Origin: Eledone cirrhosa
Taxonomy: Eukaryota
Assembly (NCBI GenBank): GCA_964016885.1
Contig: OZ024741.1
Coordinates: forward strand, 167,462,001-167,526,000
Direction of reading: 5' to 3'
Length of the DNA stretch: 64,000 bases
Shown here in pieces: positions 11,512 through 22,860 of this stretch. The notes below the pieces were generated by a model. That model had not been told where the DNA came from and did not search any database. It saw nothing but the letters and a program-made list of their open reading frames with translations. The number at the start of each line of letters is the position of its first letter. Within the stretch, counting starts at the first letter, position 1. A program made the position numbers and the translations under genes.

Positions 11512-12050
11512 CAATGAGAGGAAAAGGGTGTATGGAATAATCCAACGATTATCAACAGTAAATTTTGACCTTTAAGTCGGATTGTATGGGTATGACCACC
11601 ATACTGTCTATCCCTTCTTCTATACTCCGGAAAGGAATTTTCGGCAACAAATGTGGTTTGTCTGAATGCTTTGGGATAACATTTTGAGCAATGGCCTCAG
11701 CAGTTTCGGGCTTGCTATCTTCAGCCTTTATCAGCAGAATATGAGCATGAGTGAGGCCTCGTTTTCTGCCACTCTATTGTAGCAAATTGAGCCACAACTT
11801 TTTGTTCAGTATGTCATCCATGAGGCTGTCATACTTGATCTTGAAGACTCTTGCACAAATATCTAGGTTCTTCACCAGGGTGCAAACTATTTTTTATTTC
11901 ATTCCATTTAGGGTTAGTTGTTACCGTTATGAAATAAGATGGCTTTCCCATGTGTCGAACTACAGTCATCGAATTCTGAAAACACTCACTGCAGAAGCGA
12001 GGGGAACCATAGATTAAAGGAGGAAGAACAATTCTCCGGCCTGCACTTGT
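11512..12050 (-). pseudogene. Helitron Rep (HUH endonuclease) coding remnant, frameshifted and internally deleted
   Basis: Minus-strand translation across frameshifts gives RIVLPPLIYGSPRF..FQNSMTVVRHMGKPSYFITVTTNPKWNEI, ICARVFKIK, IEWQK/RGLTHAHILL, YPKAF..FPEYRRRD and DNRWIIPY, all Helitron Rep signatures. Not shown in the ORF track. Confidence 0.85.
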
Positions 12051-12812
12051 TTCAGACGTTAGACTGTGCCCATGCTAGGGTACCACGATTAAAGAATTTT
12101 CTTGACCTCAATTCCAGTACATATATTTTAAAATCTAATACTTATTTTATTGATCTCTTCTATTCTCTTTGAAAGGTGTGTGTGTCTATGTGTTCATATG
12201 TATGATGGTACCCTATTGCTTGCGACGAGGATTCTTCCAGCTAGGTTTCTCAAATGGACTGCCTGAAATTAAGGTGAGAGTGTGTGAGCATTCCATAGAC
12301 ACGTATAACGGAGGGTTTCAGGGTGGGACTACATTGGTTCTTCGACTTACTGGCAGAGTACACTTTTTTTACTTCGGTGGAGAGAAGAACACAACGCACT
12401 GATGGGATTCAAACTTCAACATTACAATCACGAGACACACACACGGACATAAACGCACACACATATGCACACATATACAGATAGAGTAACACACATATAC
12501 ACACACATAAACACACCGCACATACATATATATATATACCTGTGTGAGTGAGTCTATGTACTTATGCAATGGTAAAAAGAATATACACCTGTGGATTGAA
12601 TCTTAATACTGTAGTAAATTATCCTTTCCATATTTCCACGTCTTCACATACACACACACAGCCACATATAGAGATAACCACACTATCGTCTATCTTTCTA
12701 TCTACCTACCTATATATCTAAGTATCGATCTATCAACCTATCTATCTACCTGCCAACCTACCTGTCTATCTACCTCTCTCTCTCACACTCACAAATATAT
12801 CTATTCTAGAGA

Positions 12813-12923
12813 GTGTGTCTGTTAGATGTATAATTGCATTTCAAGAATTACAAAGAATTTGCAAGTTACTTCATCCGGGGAGGATTAATAATAGCTTCAC
12901 TAACCTCGGAAGACGATGTGTGT
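12813..12923 (+). repeat. ~110-bp direct repeat, left copy (right copy 14600-14711)
   Basis: GTTAGATGTA..CCGGGGAGGATTAATAATAGCTTCACTAAC..GACGAT occurs on both sides of the 27-bp array. Confidence 0.9.
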
Positions 12924-12965
12924 GCAGTATGTATGTGTGTCTATATATAGATATATATATATATA

Positions 12966-14558
12966 TTCGCGCATGTGCAGTATGGACCAGCCTTCATGCA
13001 TGCACAGTACAGACAGGCCTTCGCGCATATGCAGTACGGAGCGGCCTTTGCGCATGCCCAGTACAGACCATCCTTCACGCATGCACAGTATGGACCAGCC
13101 TTCGCGCATGCGCAGTATGGACCAGCCTTCGCGCATGCACACTTCAGACCAGCCTTTGCGCATGCGTACTTCGGACCAGCTTCTGCACATGTGCAGTACA
13201 GACCAGCCTTTATGCTGGCGCAGTACAGACCATTATTCGGGCATGCGCACTTTCGACCAGCCTACGCACATGCGCAGTACGGACCAGCCTTTATGCATGT
13301 GCAGTACAGACCAGTATTCGAGCATGTGCACTTCAGATCAGCCTTTCCGCATGTGCAGTACGGACCAGGCTTCACGCAAGTGCAGTACGGACCAGCCTTC
13401 ATGCATGCGCAGTACAGACCACCTATCGCGCATGAGCAGCATGGACCAGATTTCGCGCTTGCGCACTTCGGTCCAGTCTTCGCACATGCACAGTTCGGAC
13501 CAGACGTCACGTATGCACACTTTGGACCAGAGTTCGCACAATCACAGTACAGACCAGCCTTCGCGAATGCGCATTTCGTATCAGCCTTCGCACATGCGTA
13601 GTACGGACCAGCCTTTGCATATGATCACTTCGGACCAGCATTCGCGCACATGCAGTACTGACCGGCCGTCGCGCATGCGCAGTACGGACCAGCCTTCGTG
13701 CATGCGCAGTACCCACTGGCCTTCGCGCATGCGCAGTATGGAGCAGATTTCGAGCATGCGCAGTAACGATTAGACTTCGCGCTTGCGCAGTATGAACCCG
13801 CCTTCGAGCATGCGCAGTATGGACCAGCCTTCGCGCATGCACAGTATGGACCAGCCTTCGCACATGCGCTGTACGGACCAGACTTCGCCCTTGCGCAGTA
13901 CTGACAGCCTTCGCACATGCGCACTTATCACCAACCTTCGTGCATGCATACTTCGGACCAGCCTTCGTGCATACTCACTTCAGACCAGACTTCGCGCATG
14001 CCCACTTCAGACCAGACTTTGCGCCTGTGCACTTCGGACCGACCTTCCCACATGTGCAGTATGGCCCAGCCTTCGCTCATGCACAGTACGGAGCTGTCTT
14101 CACGCATGCTCAGTACGGACCAGCATTCGCGCATGCCTAGTATGGATCAGTCTTCGCGCATGCAGGCTTCGGACCACCCTTCGCGCATGCGCACTTAAGA
14201 CCAGGATTCGCACATGCGCACTTCGGACCAGCCGTCCGAATGCGCACTTCGAGCCAACCTTCTCGCAAGCGCAGTACGGTACCAGCCTTCAACCATGCGC
14301 AGTACCGACCAGCCTTTGCGCATGCACATATGGAACAGACTTCGCGCATGTGCACTTGGGACCAGCCTTCGTGCATGCGCTGTACAGACGAGCCTTCGCA
14401 CATGTGCGGTTCGGACAAGCCTCCACGCATGTGCACTTCGGTCCAGCCTTCGCGCATGTGCACTTCAGACCAGCCTTCCTGTATGCACACTTCAGACCAA
14501 GCTTTGCGGATGCGCACTTCGGACCAGCCTTCGCGCATGCACACTTCGGACCAGACTT
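12966..14558. repeat. 27-bp GC-rich minisatellite, ~59 units, consensus GCGCATGCGCAGTACGGACCAGCCTTC
   Basis: 9-aa periodicity in every ORF frame (RMRSTDQPS / AHAQYGPAF). Two unit variants, CAGTA and CACTT. Confidence 0.95.
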
Positions 14559-14599
14559 TACCTATATATATGTCTATGTATAAATAGATATATTTGTGT

Positions 14600-14711
14600 G
14601 TGTGTCCGTTAGATGTATTATTGCATTTCATGAATTACGAAGAATTAACAATTTACTTCACCCGGGGAGGATTAATAATAGCTTCACTAACTTCGGGAGA
14701 CGATTTGTGTG
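14600..14711 (+). repeat. ~110-bp direct repeat, right copy
   Basis: Homologous to 12813-12923, offset ~1787. Confidence 0.9.
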
Positions 14712-15645
14712 TGGTGTGGTATGTAAGTGTGTGTGTATATATTTAAATATATATATATGTGTGTGTGTGTGTATCAGACATAATTTATATGCTATTACAT
14801 TTATATATATCTAATCAATGGGCGTACAACAGTGCTTAATCTAAACTATAATAAAGTAAGAAGCGCGGGACTGCGTACGGTTTATAATTGTTTATCCACT
14901 TAGTAAAATAATTTGGATTACTTTGAATAAATAATTGTTTCTACTTTAGGCACAAGGCCAGCAATTACCCAGTGCATTACTGGTACTTTGAATAAATAAT
15001 GAATGAATATTACATAATTTATCTACTAAATTTCCTGGCTGTTCATTAAATATATTTTATTACTAATTTAAGGATTCACTTCTTTAAAATTTTCAAATGT
15101 CAACACTTCTGGTTAGCGATCGTTTAAATTAATATTCATATATTTCTGTCACTAATTTTCTCCTAATGCAGTTTATATATAATACCATCTTTTTTTAATG
15201 TATCATGGATGACGTTACTGATTACATAAGACAGTGTAACACAGTCTTCGTTCCATTTCTGTGTATATTGTCAATTACGATTTTATTTGATGTATCATAT
15301 CTACATGCATATATACTTGTGTATAATATCAATATACACACTACACAAGCTAGCAGAAAACTCCCAAAGGGTGGTTTTTCTGCTAGTTATATTAAGTGAG
15401 TTTTAAAAAAAAGAGTTAATAAATAAATAAAAAGTTATACTTGTTTTACCCTCCCATTTCCAATTAAATCGAACACTATCATGATTGTATGTGTGTGTTT
15501 GTGTAAATGTATATGTGTGAATGCATGTATGTTTGTGTGAAAGTATGCGTTGATTTGTGTTAACCTATATTACACGGCTCAGAAATACTCTTTCTTCGAG
15601 CTATTTCATTGTAAATGATCGCCTGAGATTTGAACTCATTATTAT

Positions 15646-15709
<64 letters not shown>

Positions 15710-15712
<3 letters not shown>

Positions 15713-16110
15713 ATAAAATAACAGATTAAAGTTTAAGCAAAGAATCGCTGCTTTCACCCTTAACGGGATCTTATGAAACTAACAAAGTCAATCTGTGAAC
15801 GCAGAAGTGAATATTTCAAAAAAGGTTGCAACCGGAGGAAGACAGGAAGACGATACTTTAGTTCGTGGAAACGTTCCCTGGCAAAGAACGTGAAAAAACG
15901 AATATAATACGTCATTATTTGGAGCAGTGAAAAACAATTACACGCAAACACAAAACCACGTTTATGGTATAAAAGAAGTCGTAGGTGGTTCATAGAGACG
16001 TTCTCTGGCAATGAACAGAAGAAAAAACCAAGATAATACGTCATATGTTGAACGGGGAGAACAATTGCACGCAAAGACAAAACCACGTAAATGGTATAAC
16101 TGAAGTCGTA
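15710..16110 (+). repeat. Interspersed repeat also found inside the Helitron at ~5825-6015 and ~39305-39500; carries an internal ~127-bp duplication
   Basis: Shared AAAGTTTAAGCAAAGAATCGCTGCTTTCA..TGTGAACGCAGAAGT; starts at a (TA)n tract. Confidence 0.75.
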
Positions 16111-16364
16111 GACTAAAATTCTAACTAGGAAACCGAATGATTCTCGGCTTCAGAGTTAAGAATAAAGTAAATAAAATACAGAGGCTATTGAAATTAAATA
16201 AATACATACACGCATCCATATACACAAGCATACGCGAAAACACTCGCCATTGTATACAAATACACGCACGTACACAAAAAAAAAAAAAAAAAAAACCTGT
16301 ACGCACATACAGAACCCCAGAACCCATGCAACGCCTGTACCCGCACGCATACGCATATATATTA

Positions 16365-16424
<60 letters not shown>

Positions 16425-16909
16425 TGTGTGTGTGTGTGCGTGTATACATATAATTAAATAAACGTATATAAATAAATAAATACATATATAATAAGCGCAC
16501 ACACATACCTACATGTAAATACACATATGTTCGGAGACGAACGTCAACCAAAACACGAAGTACACATATACACACACCCTACATACGGACGAACCCGCAT
16601 ACTCACACAGACGCAAAACTCACATATACACATAACCAAAAGCATATGTACCAGAATATATAATATATACGCCATAACATATACAATCAAATATACGTAC
16701 GAGAAAGTATACGTACCTTCACAAAACATACAGGTAAAATATAATTACCTATACAAATAAGTGATGGTATAAACATAACATATACTTAGCTACCACATCA
16801 AGATGTAAACTATCCGTTAGGGTATAATGTGGGGCTGTAATACAGGAAAGTTTTGTGCAATTTATGTTTACAAGCCAAAATTGCCTCAGATTTTTTGTTT
16901 AAGATGTGG

Positions 16910-17340
16910 TCAGGGCTGGCATTACCATTATGGATAATTAGGCAGACACCAAGAGCTGGTACTATCATTAAGGCCAACTAGGTAGTTACCTAGAGCTGGC
17001 TCTACCATTGACACCAACCAGGAAACCACCATGGGTGAAGGCCTCTGTGAGGGATACATTACTGAACTGTACAGGATCACAATTTTATACAAATTTGTAT
17101 AATTAAATTAAGTATATAATAATTTCCTGTGATCAATAACTAAATCACAAAACATCTTTACCACAGAGTGGAAATATCCAAAGCTGTAGAGAGGCTGATA
17201 TGGTATGGGTGAGTATGGAGTGTGAAGTGCAAGATACAGGCTTAGTGTGGTGAGCACAAGAAGTTTCACAACCTAAGATGAAATTATCATATTTGGGAGA
17301 ATGGAGTGCATAACTTGGAGAAGAGGGTGTACATTGTAGA
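16910..17340 (+). repeat. Interspersed repeat family with ~40-bp internal subrepeats (other copies ~21230-22000 on +, ~62030-62450 on -)
   Basis: Shared GGCACTACCATTAAGGCCAACT subrepeat. An 18-bp palindrome TTATACAAATTTGTATAA occurs at 17085-17102 and 21704-21721. Confidence 0.7.
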
Positions 17341-18409
17341 GCTAGTCTCTGGTTCTAAATACCTAGGCACCAGTTTTTACAATATCTCACATATTTAGTG
17401 AAGTGGATGTAGCTAATTTTAGTTCTGTCTATATCTTTAAACTGCATCTATTTTCAGGGTTTAGGATTGAAAACCCCTAGATATTGAGAAGAATGGAGCT
17501 GACTCTTATCTAAGAACACTAACAGGTCTGCTCTGACATAGAACAGTATCACATGCAAGGATTGCAGAGTAAGCTGCATTACTAAATAACACTGATCTCA
17601 GAATAGAGTCCTGGACTAAACAGCAGTGATCCAGTAATATAAGATGAAAATTTGCATGTAACTTACAAATAGATAGTATAATGACTACTAGGTAGTCAAG
17701 CCAAAAACCAATGGCTACTTAATTGTAGGACTGGGAAGGAAACCTCCTATGACCAACTGTTAATACATTGTGGGACTGGGGAAAATGCCTCATTAGTCTA
17801 GAAAGAGGACCTTCTAATAGAAATGTCAAAATTGTTAGAGTGCCTGGTAACTGACATGTCAAGCCTAGTCATATAATGTGTCATGCTGGTTTTGTTTGGG
17901 AATTACTTGGTTTCAATCATTAGGCTGTGGCCATGATGGAGCCTTGAAAGGATTTAGTCATTAACATTGACCCCAGTATTTCTGGCACTTATTTTATTGA
18001 TCCCTTTTTTATTGAACATTATGTTAGATAATCAAAAACACAGACACAAATATAAAAAGATATACAGACACATATGTATTTACTCCTATATACATATATG
18101 CATATTTATGTGAGCATGGAAAATAGATGTAAAATAGTGATGATGATGATGATGAAGAGTAAGAAAATACATGATCAGCTTCTGCAGTTTCTGTCAACCT
18201 AGGTCCACTCACAAAACATTAATTGGCTTGAGACTATAGTAAAAGATACTTGCCCAAGATGCTGTGCAGTGGGACTGAACTCAGAACCATGTAGTTGTGA
18301 AGTAAACTTCTTAACCATATAACCATGCCTACACCTATGTTAGCTGGACATTTAGTTGATCAGACAACTGAATATTCATCATTGAAACTGACGGAGCATC
18401 CATCATCAT

Positions 18410-18708
18410 TGTAGAGGGTTGGACGCCATGCTTTCTAGCATAGTTACGTCCCTTTACAGTCTGAGTTCAAATCCCGCTGAGGTTAACTTTGCCTTTCATC
18501 CTTACGGGGTCGATAAAATAAAGTACCAGTAATGTACTGGGTATTTGCTGGCCTTGTGCCTAAAGTAGAAACAATTATATTAGCAGAGAGTTATGGCCCT
18601 TTCAAATACTGCCGAGGCTTTCATCCTTACGGGGTCGATAAAATAAAGTACCAGTAATGTACTGGTATAATTGCTGACCTTGTGCCAAAAAGTAGAAACA
18701 ATTATATT
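18410..18708 (+). mobile_element. SINE plus partial tandem copy
   Basis: GAGTTCAAATCCCGC..CCTTACGGGGTCGATAAAATAAAGTACCAG core present twice. Confidence 0.85.
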
Positions 18709-18759
18709 ACCTGTTTTCTTTTACTTGATGGTGGGACACGGGCAGTCAATGTAGAGAAG

Positions 18760-19105
18760 ATGTAAAGGGTGGGTGGAAATTAGGTAAGCATGCTTCGATG
18801 GATGTGTAATGTTAATGTGCATGAACAATGAAGCATGGATGAGCATCATGAGAGAAAAACTGGGTGTAAGAGATATCAGATGTAGTGTGTGATAACTGTT
18901 GGGTGAAGAAGTGCCAAGAGATCCTAGTAGAAGGAAGTTATAATAGTGAAAAACCAAGGAAGACCTGGGAAGAGGTTGTGAGAGATGATCTCAAAATACT
19001 TAACCCCACAGAAGAGATGACAGAGCAATGAAACAAGTAGCAGGCGGCTGTGAGGGAAAAGATCTGTTCAACCTACACAAGCATGGAAAAACAGATGTAA
19101 AAGGA

Positions 19106-19125
<20 letters not shown>
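18760..19125 (+). mobile_element. Degraded 3' end of an RTE-like LINE with (GAT)n tail
   Basis: Remnant of C-terminal coding sequence (..KTWEEVVRDDLK..) followed by GCATGGAAAA..(GAT)n. Confidence 0.55.
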
Positions 19126-19139
<14 letters not shown>

Positions 19140-19653
19140 GGGGACGATGATGATGATGGTGGTTTTGGAGGTGGTGGTGATGATGATGATGATGGTGATG
19201 GGGATGATAATGATGATGATGGTAATGATAGTATTTGTAGTGGTGGTGGTGGTGGTGATGTGCTGATAATATGAAATAGCTACAGTTATTGTTTTTTATA
19301 TGAGAGGATGGGTAAACAAAAGTTTGTTAATCAATAAACATTTACAACACATTGATTAAACACTAATAGAGAAACAAATGAACAAGGAAAGAATTTGAAT
19401 GAATATTTATAAATATTGACAACTTAATCCTGCTTAAACCTTATATTTGCATCTTCAAGTAATTGTACCCTTTGTTATCTCACTAATTCACAGGTGCTGC
19501 ACATTTCATAAATCACTGTTAACTACAATTGAAATTAAATATTTAAATAAGATATACATAAAGCCCTGTATAATCCCTCTGTCAAGAATATTATTCTATA
19601 TAAAGACTAGTCTGTTAAGGTTTGGTACATTGTCCTTTCAGGGTATTCTCACC

Positions 19654-19711
19654 ATGAAGACTGTATTGCTGATCCTAGTTAACTGCCTGTGCGCCAGCGT
19701 CATTTGTCAGG
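19654..19711 (+). CDS. Coding exon 1: signal peptide MKTVLLILVNCLCASVICQ
   Basis: ACCATGA start context, hydrophobic core, G|GTAAGT donor. Confidence 0.8.
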
Positions 19712-22700
19712 GTAAGTAGAGAGTATTAGCTACCTATCTTCTATATATCACTCACTACATTTCGTTTCATGTGAGTAGAGAGTTTGGGCTATCTACCTTT
19801 CATATGTCACTCGTGCATTTGGTGTAATGTAAGTAGAGAGTGTGGGCTACCTACCTTCTATGTGTCACTACTCCATTTGGTGTAATGGGCATAAGGAGCA
19901 GGGATAACCCCTGATGGTGAAAAGCTTTACAGGGGTGCTTGCATATTATTTATTGTAGCAAAAAATTAATTTGGGAACCCTTTGAATATTGTGAGTACCT
20001 TGGTTAAAACCCAACCAGTCCCCCACCTTCACCCACCTACTCTCTGTCTGCAACTGACTACCTTCCTTCCACATGTGTGTAGCTCATACATTTGATGTAA
20101 TGTGTGCAGAGAGCTTCATAGATGTGACTTCACACATTTGGTGTAATGTAGTTGTTCTCAGAGACCCAAATTACAATCCTCCCCATGCAATCCTAGGTGT
20201 CTTCAATTCTTCCTCATTTTGAAATGTCATCTTTCACCTGAACAACATATTAACATGAGCAAACTTTTCAAACCTCCATAATTGTATATATAGTCCCATT
20301 TTGAATTGTCATCTAGTCACCATATTAACAAGCTTTTCAAAGCTCAATAATTGTACATATATAGTCCCAAATAGGATTAAGTCTGAAGCAGCAATTTGTC
20401 TATGAACTGTTAATTTGTGATCTCTCTTATAGTTTGGTATATTACAATTTCATTTGATATGTAACCCCAATGTACAGTATTCTTTCCCAGTTTCGATACC
20501 TCCCCTGGCAAGTATTCCTCTCCAATCCCTCCCCAAGGAACCAAGAACTTCCTGTTCGAGAATAACTAGTGTAATATGAGAAGTTGAGGATGCAGCATGG
20601 CCAAATAGTTCAGACATTTGCTTCAGATTCGTTAGGTCCCAGGTTTGATTTCAATGCGTGGTATCTAAGTCAAGTGCCATTAACTATAGCCTTGAGTTAA
20701 CCTAAGATGTCAATAAATATATTATTAGTGAAGATCTCATGGTATTGCAACCTACAAACTCTCTTGGGTTATATTAGCATTGTTCGATACACAGACCTTC
20801 ATAAATTACATCAAATTTCAGATTTCATCCTTGTCTAGCCCTTTCATTACCATATTTCTAATAAAATACACTATATTTGATTTAATAATGAACTTTTTGA
20901 AGGGGTTTACTAAAATTGTTAATTATTTCATTATTAAGATATTTGTAAAAATAACTTAACAAAAGGGTTTTTATATTATATAAGATTTTGCTAGAAGGTT
21001 TCAAATGAATTTAATTTTCTGGTGGGACAAATTTCCGATTACTTATTATATTTATCTATTAATATATTTCACTGCGTTTTACTTTATTTTCTATTAGACA
21101 CTACGTCCGGTGATGTGATACGCCAACGAAGAGCTATTAATTACAAACACCATTTAATGAACGTGGAAGTACCTGGAAGTAAGTATTGTCTTTTTTGTTC
21201 ATTTTTTGTAGGATAATAAGAGAAGGCTGGGCCATCACAGCCATTAATGTCACAGCAATGGCACTACTGTTAAGGCTAACTAGGCAGCTATCTAGAGTTG
21301 GTACTACTATTAAGGCCAACTTGGTAGCTATCTAGGGACAGCACTACCATTAACCCTTTAGCATTTACATTACTCTACTATTGTATTTTTCTGATAAAGG
21401 CTTTATCTCACATAATTATGTTACATAATATTGAATCTTCAAGATTTTGATGATGTTATTGCTTATTTTATGAACAATACCTTAACGTTGGTATAAGCAG
21501 CCTGTTATGGCCAGTTTGAACAAAAGGAAGTGAGAGAATTCTGGCCGGAAACAGTCAGTTAAGGCTAACTTGGCAGCTACCTAGGGTTGGTGTTACCATT
21601 TAGGCCAGCTATGGAGCTATCTAGGGTTGGCGCTACCAACTAGACAACCCCATGGGTGTAGACCTCAGAGAAATGCATTATTGAACCTTACAGAATCACA
21701 ATTTTATACAAATTTGTATAATTAGATTAAATATATAATCATTTCCTGTCATCAATAAATAAATCACCAAACATATTTGCAGTGTTGCAACATTGTAGAA
21801 AGATCTAAAGCAGTGGAGAGGGTTTTATGGCATGGCTGTGTTGGGACAGAGTAGTAGAAAATTCAGGCTCAGTAATTTTCTTAGTGTAGTTAGAGCAAGA
21901 AATGTCAAAAATTAGGTTTTCAGCTACCAAACTGTAAATGGAAATTATTTTATTTTGGAGATAAGGAGCATAATTTTATGAAAGGAGGGCGAGTGTTCAA
22001 GATCTCTGCAGGCTCTCCTCCCAAACTTGTGACTTTGATGCTGCCAATGCCATGCCTTAATATCTGTGTGTCAATGTATTTATTGACTCTAAACTTCTGA
22101 GTCATAGAGTCAACATATTGAAATATGGGGCAGCTCAAAGCTGGCAGAACCCATCTTTTCTGTGGAGAGACATCAAGAGAGGTTGTGGTAGGGGTTGTGG
22201 TAGGGCTAGTGGTAGTGGTTGTGATGATGTGGCGGTGGTAAACCAGAAAATTTGTTCAACTAACCACCTCTATAGTTATTCTTGCAATTTTACAGTTGTG
22301 AACCCATTCCTATAATAATTATACAGTTACTGGTTATAACTACATGCACATAGCTTATATGGCACATTGTAAAATATATTGTTACTATCATACTTATACG
22401 GATTAAATGGAGTGACCATGTAACAAACCAGGAAGTCAGGAACCGCACCAGCAGCTAGTCTCTTCTGCCATCTGCAAGCGATGCCTGGGCTGGTTTGGAC
22501 ACGCTTTGAGACTTCCCCCGGAGAGAATGGTGAACCAAGTACTTAAATGGAACCCACAGGGAAGCAGATGGAGAGGGCGACCCAAAATGAACTGGCACCA
22601 GACAGTTGAGAGGGACCTGCGAGCGACAAACAGACAATGGCAGGACGCTGTGCAACTGGCTGCTGACCGAACGCGGTGGAACACTATGACTGCCTCATGC

Positions 22701-22776
22701 GTCGGAAGACGCGGCAGCTTCTGAGTCTGAGTCTGATACTTATAGAGTTACAAATTTCTACTGCTAGATATGTCTG

Positions 22777-22860
<84 letters not shown>

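Noticed and set aside
12815-14631. Long ORFs (up to 285 aa) over the 27-bp array as a repeat protein
   Set aside because: A unit length divisible by 3 opens several frames on both strands. Frames break by indels and stops, and there is no splice or signal context.
16910-17340. Gene-specific duplicated regulatory element shared between the upstream region and intron 2
   Set aside because: A third copy lies inverted at ~62030-62450, so it is an interspersed repeat.
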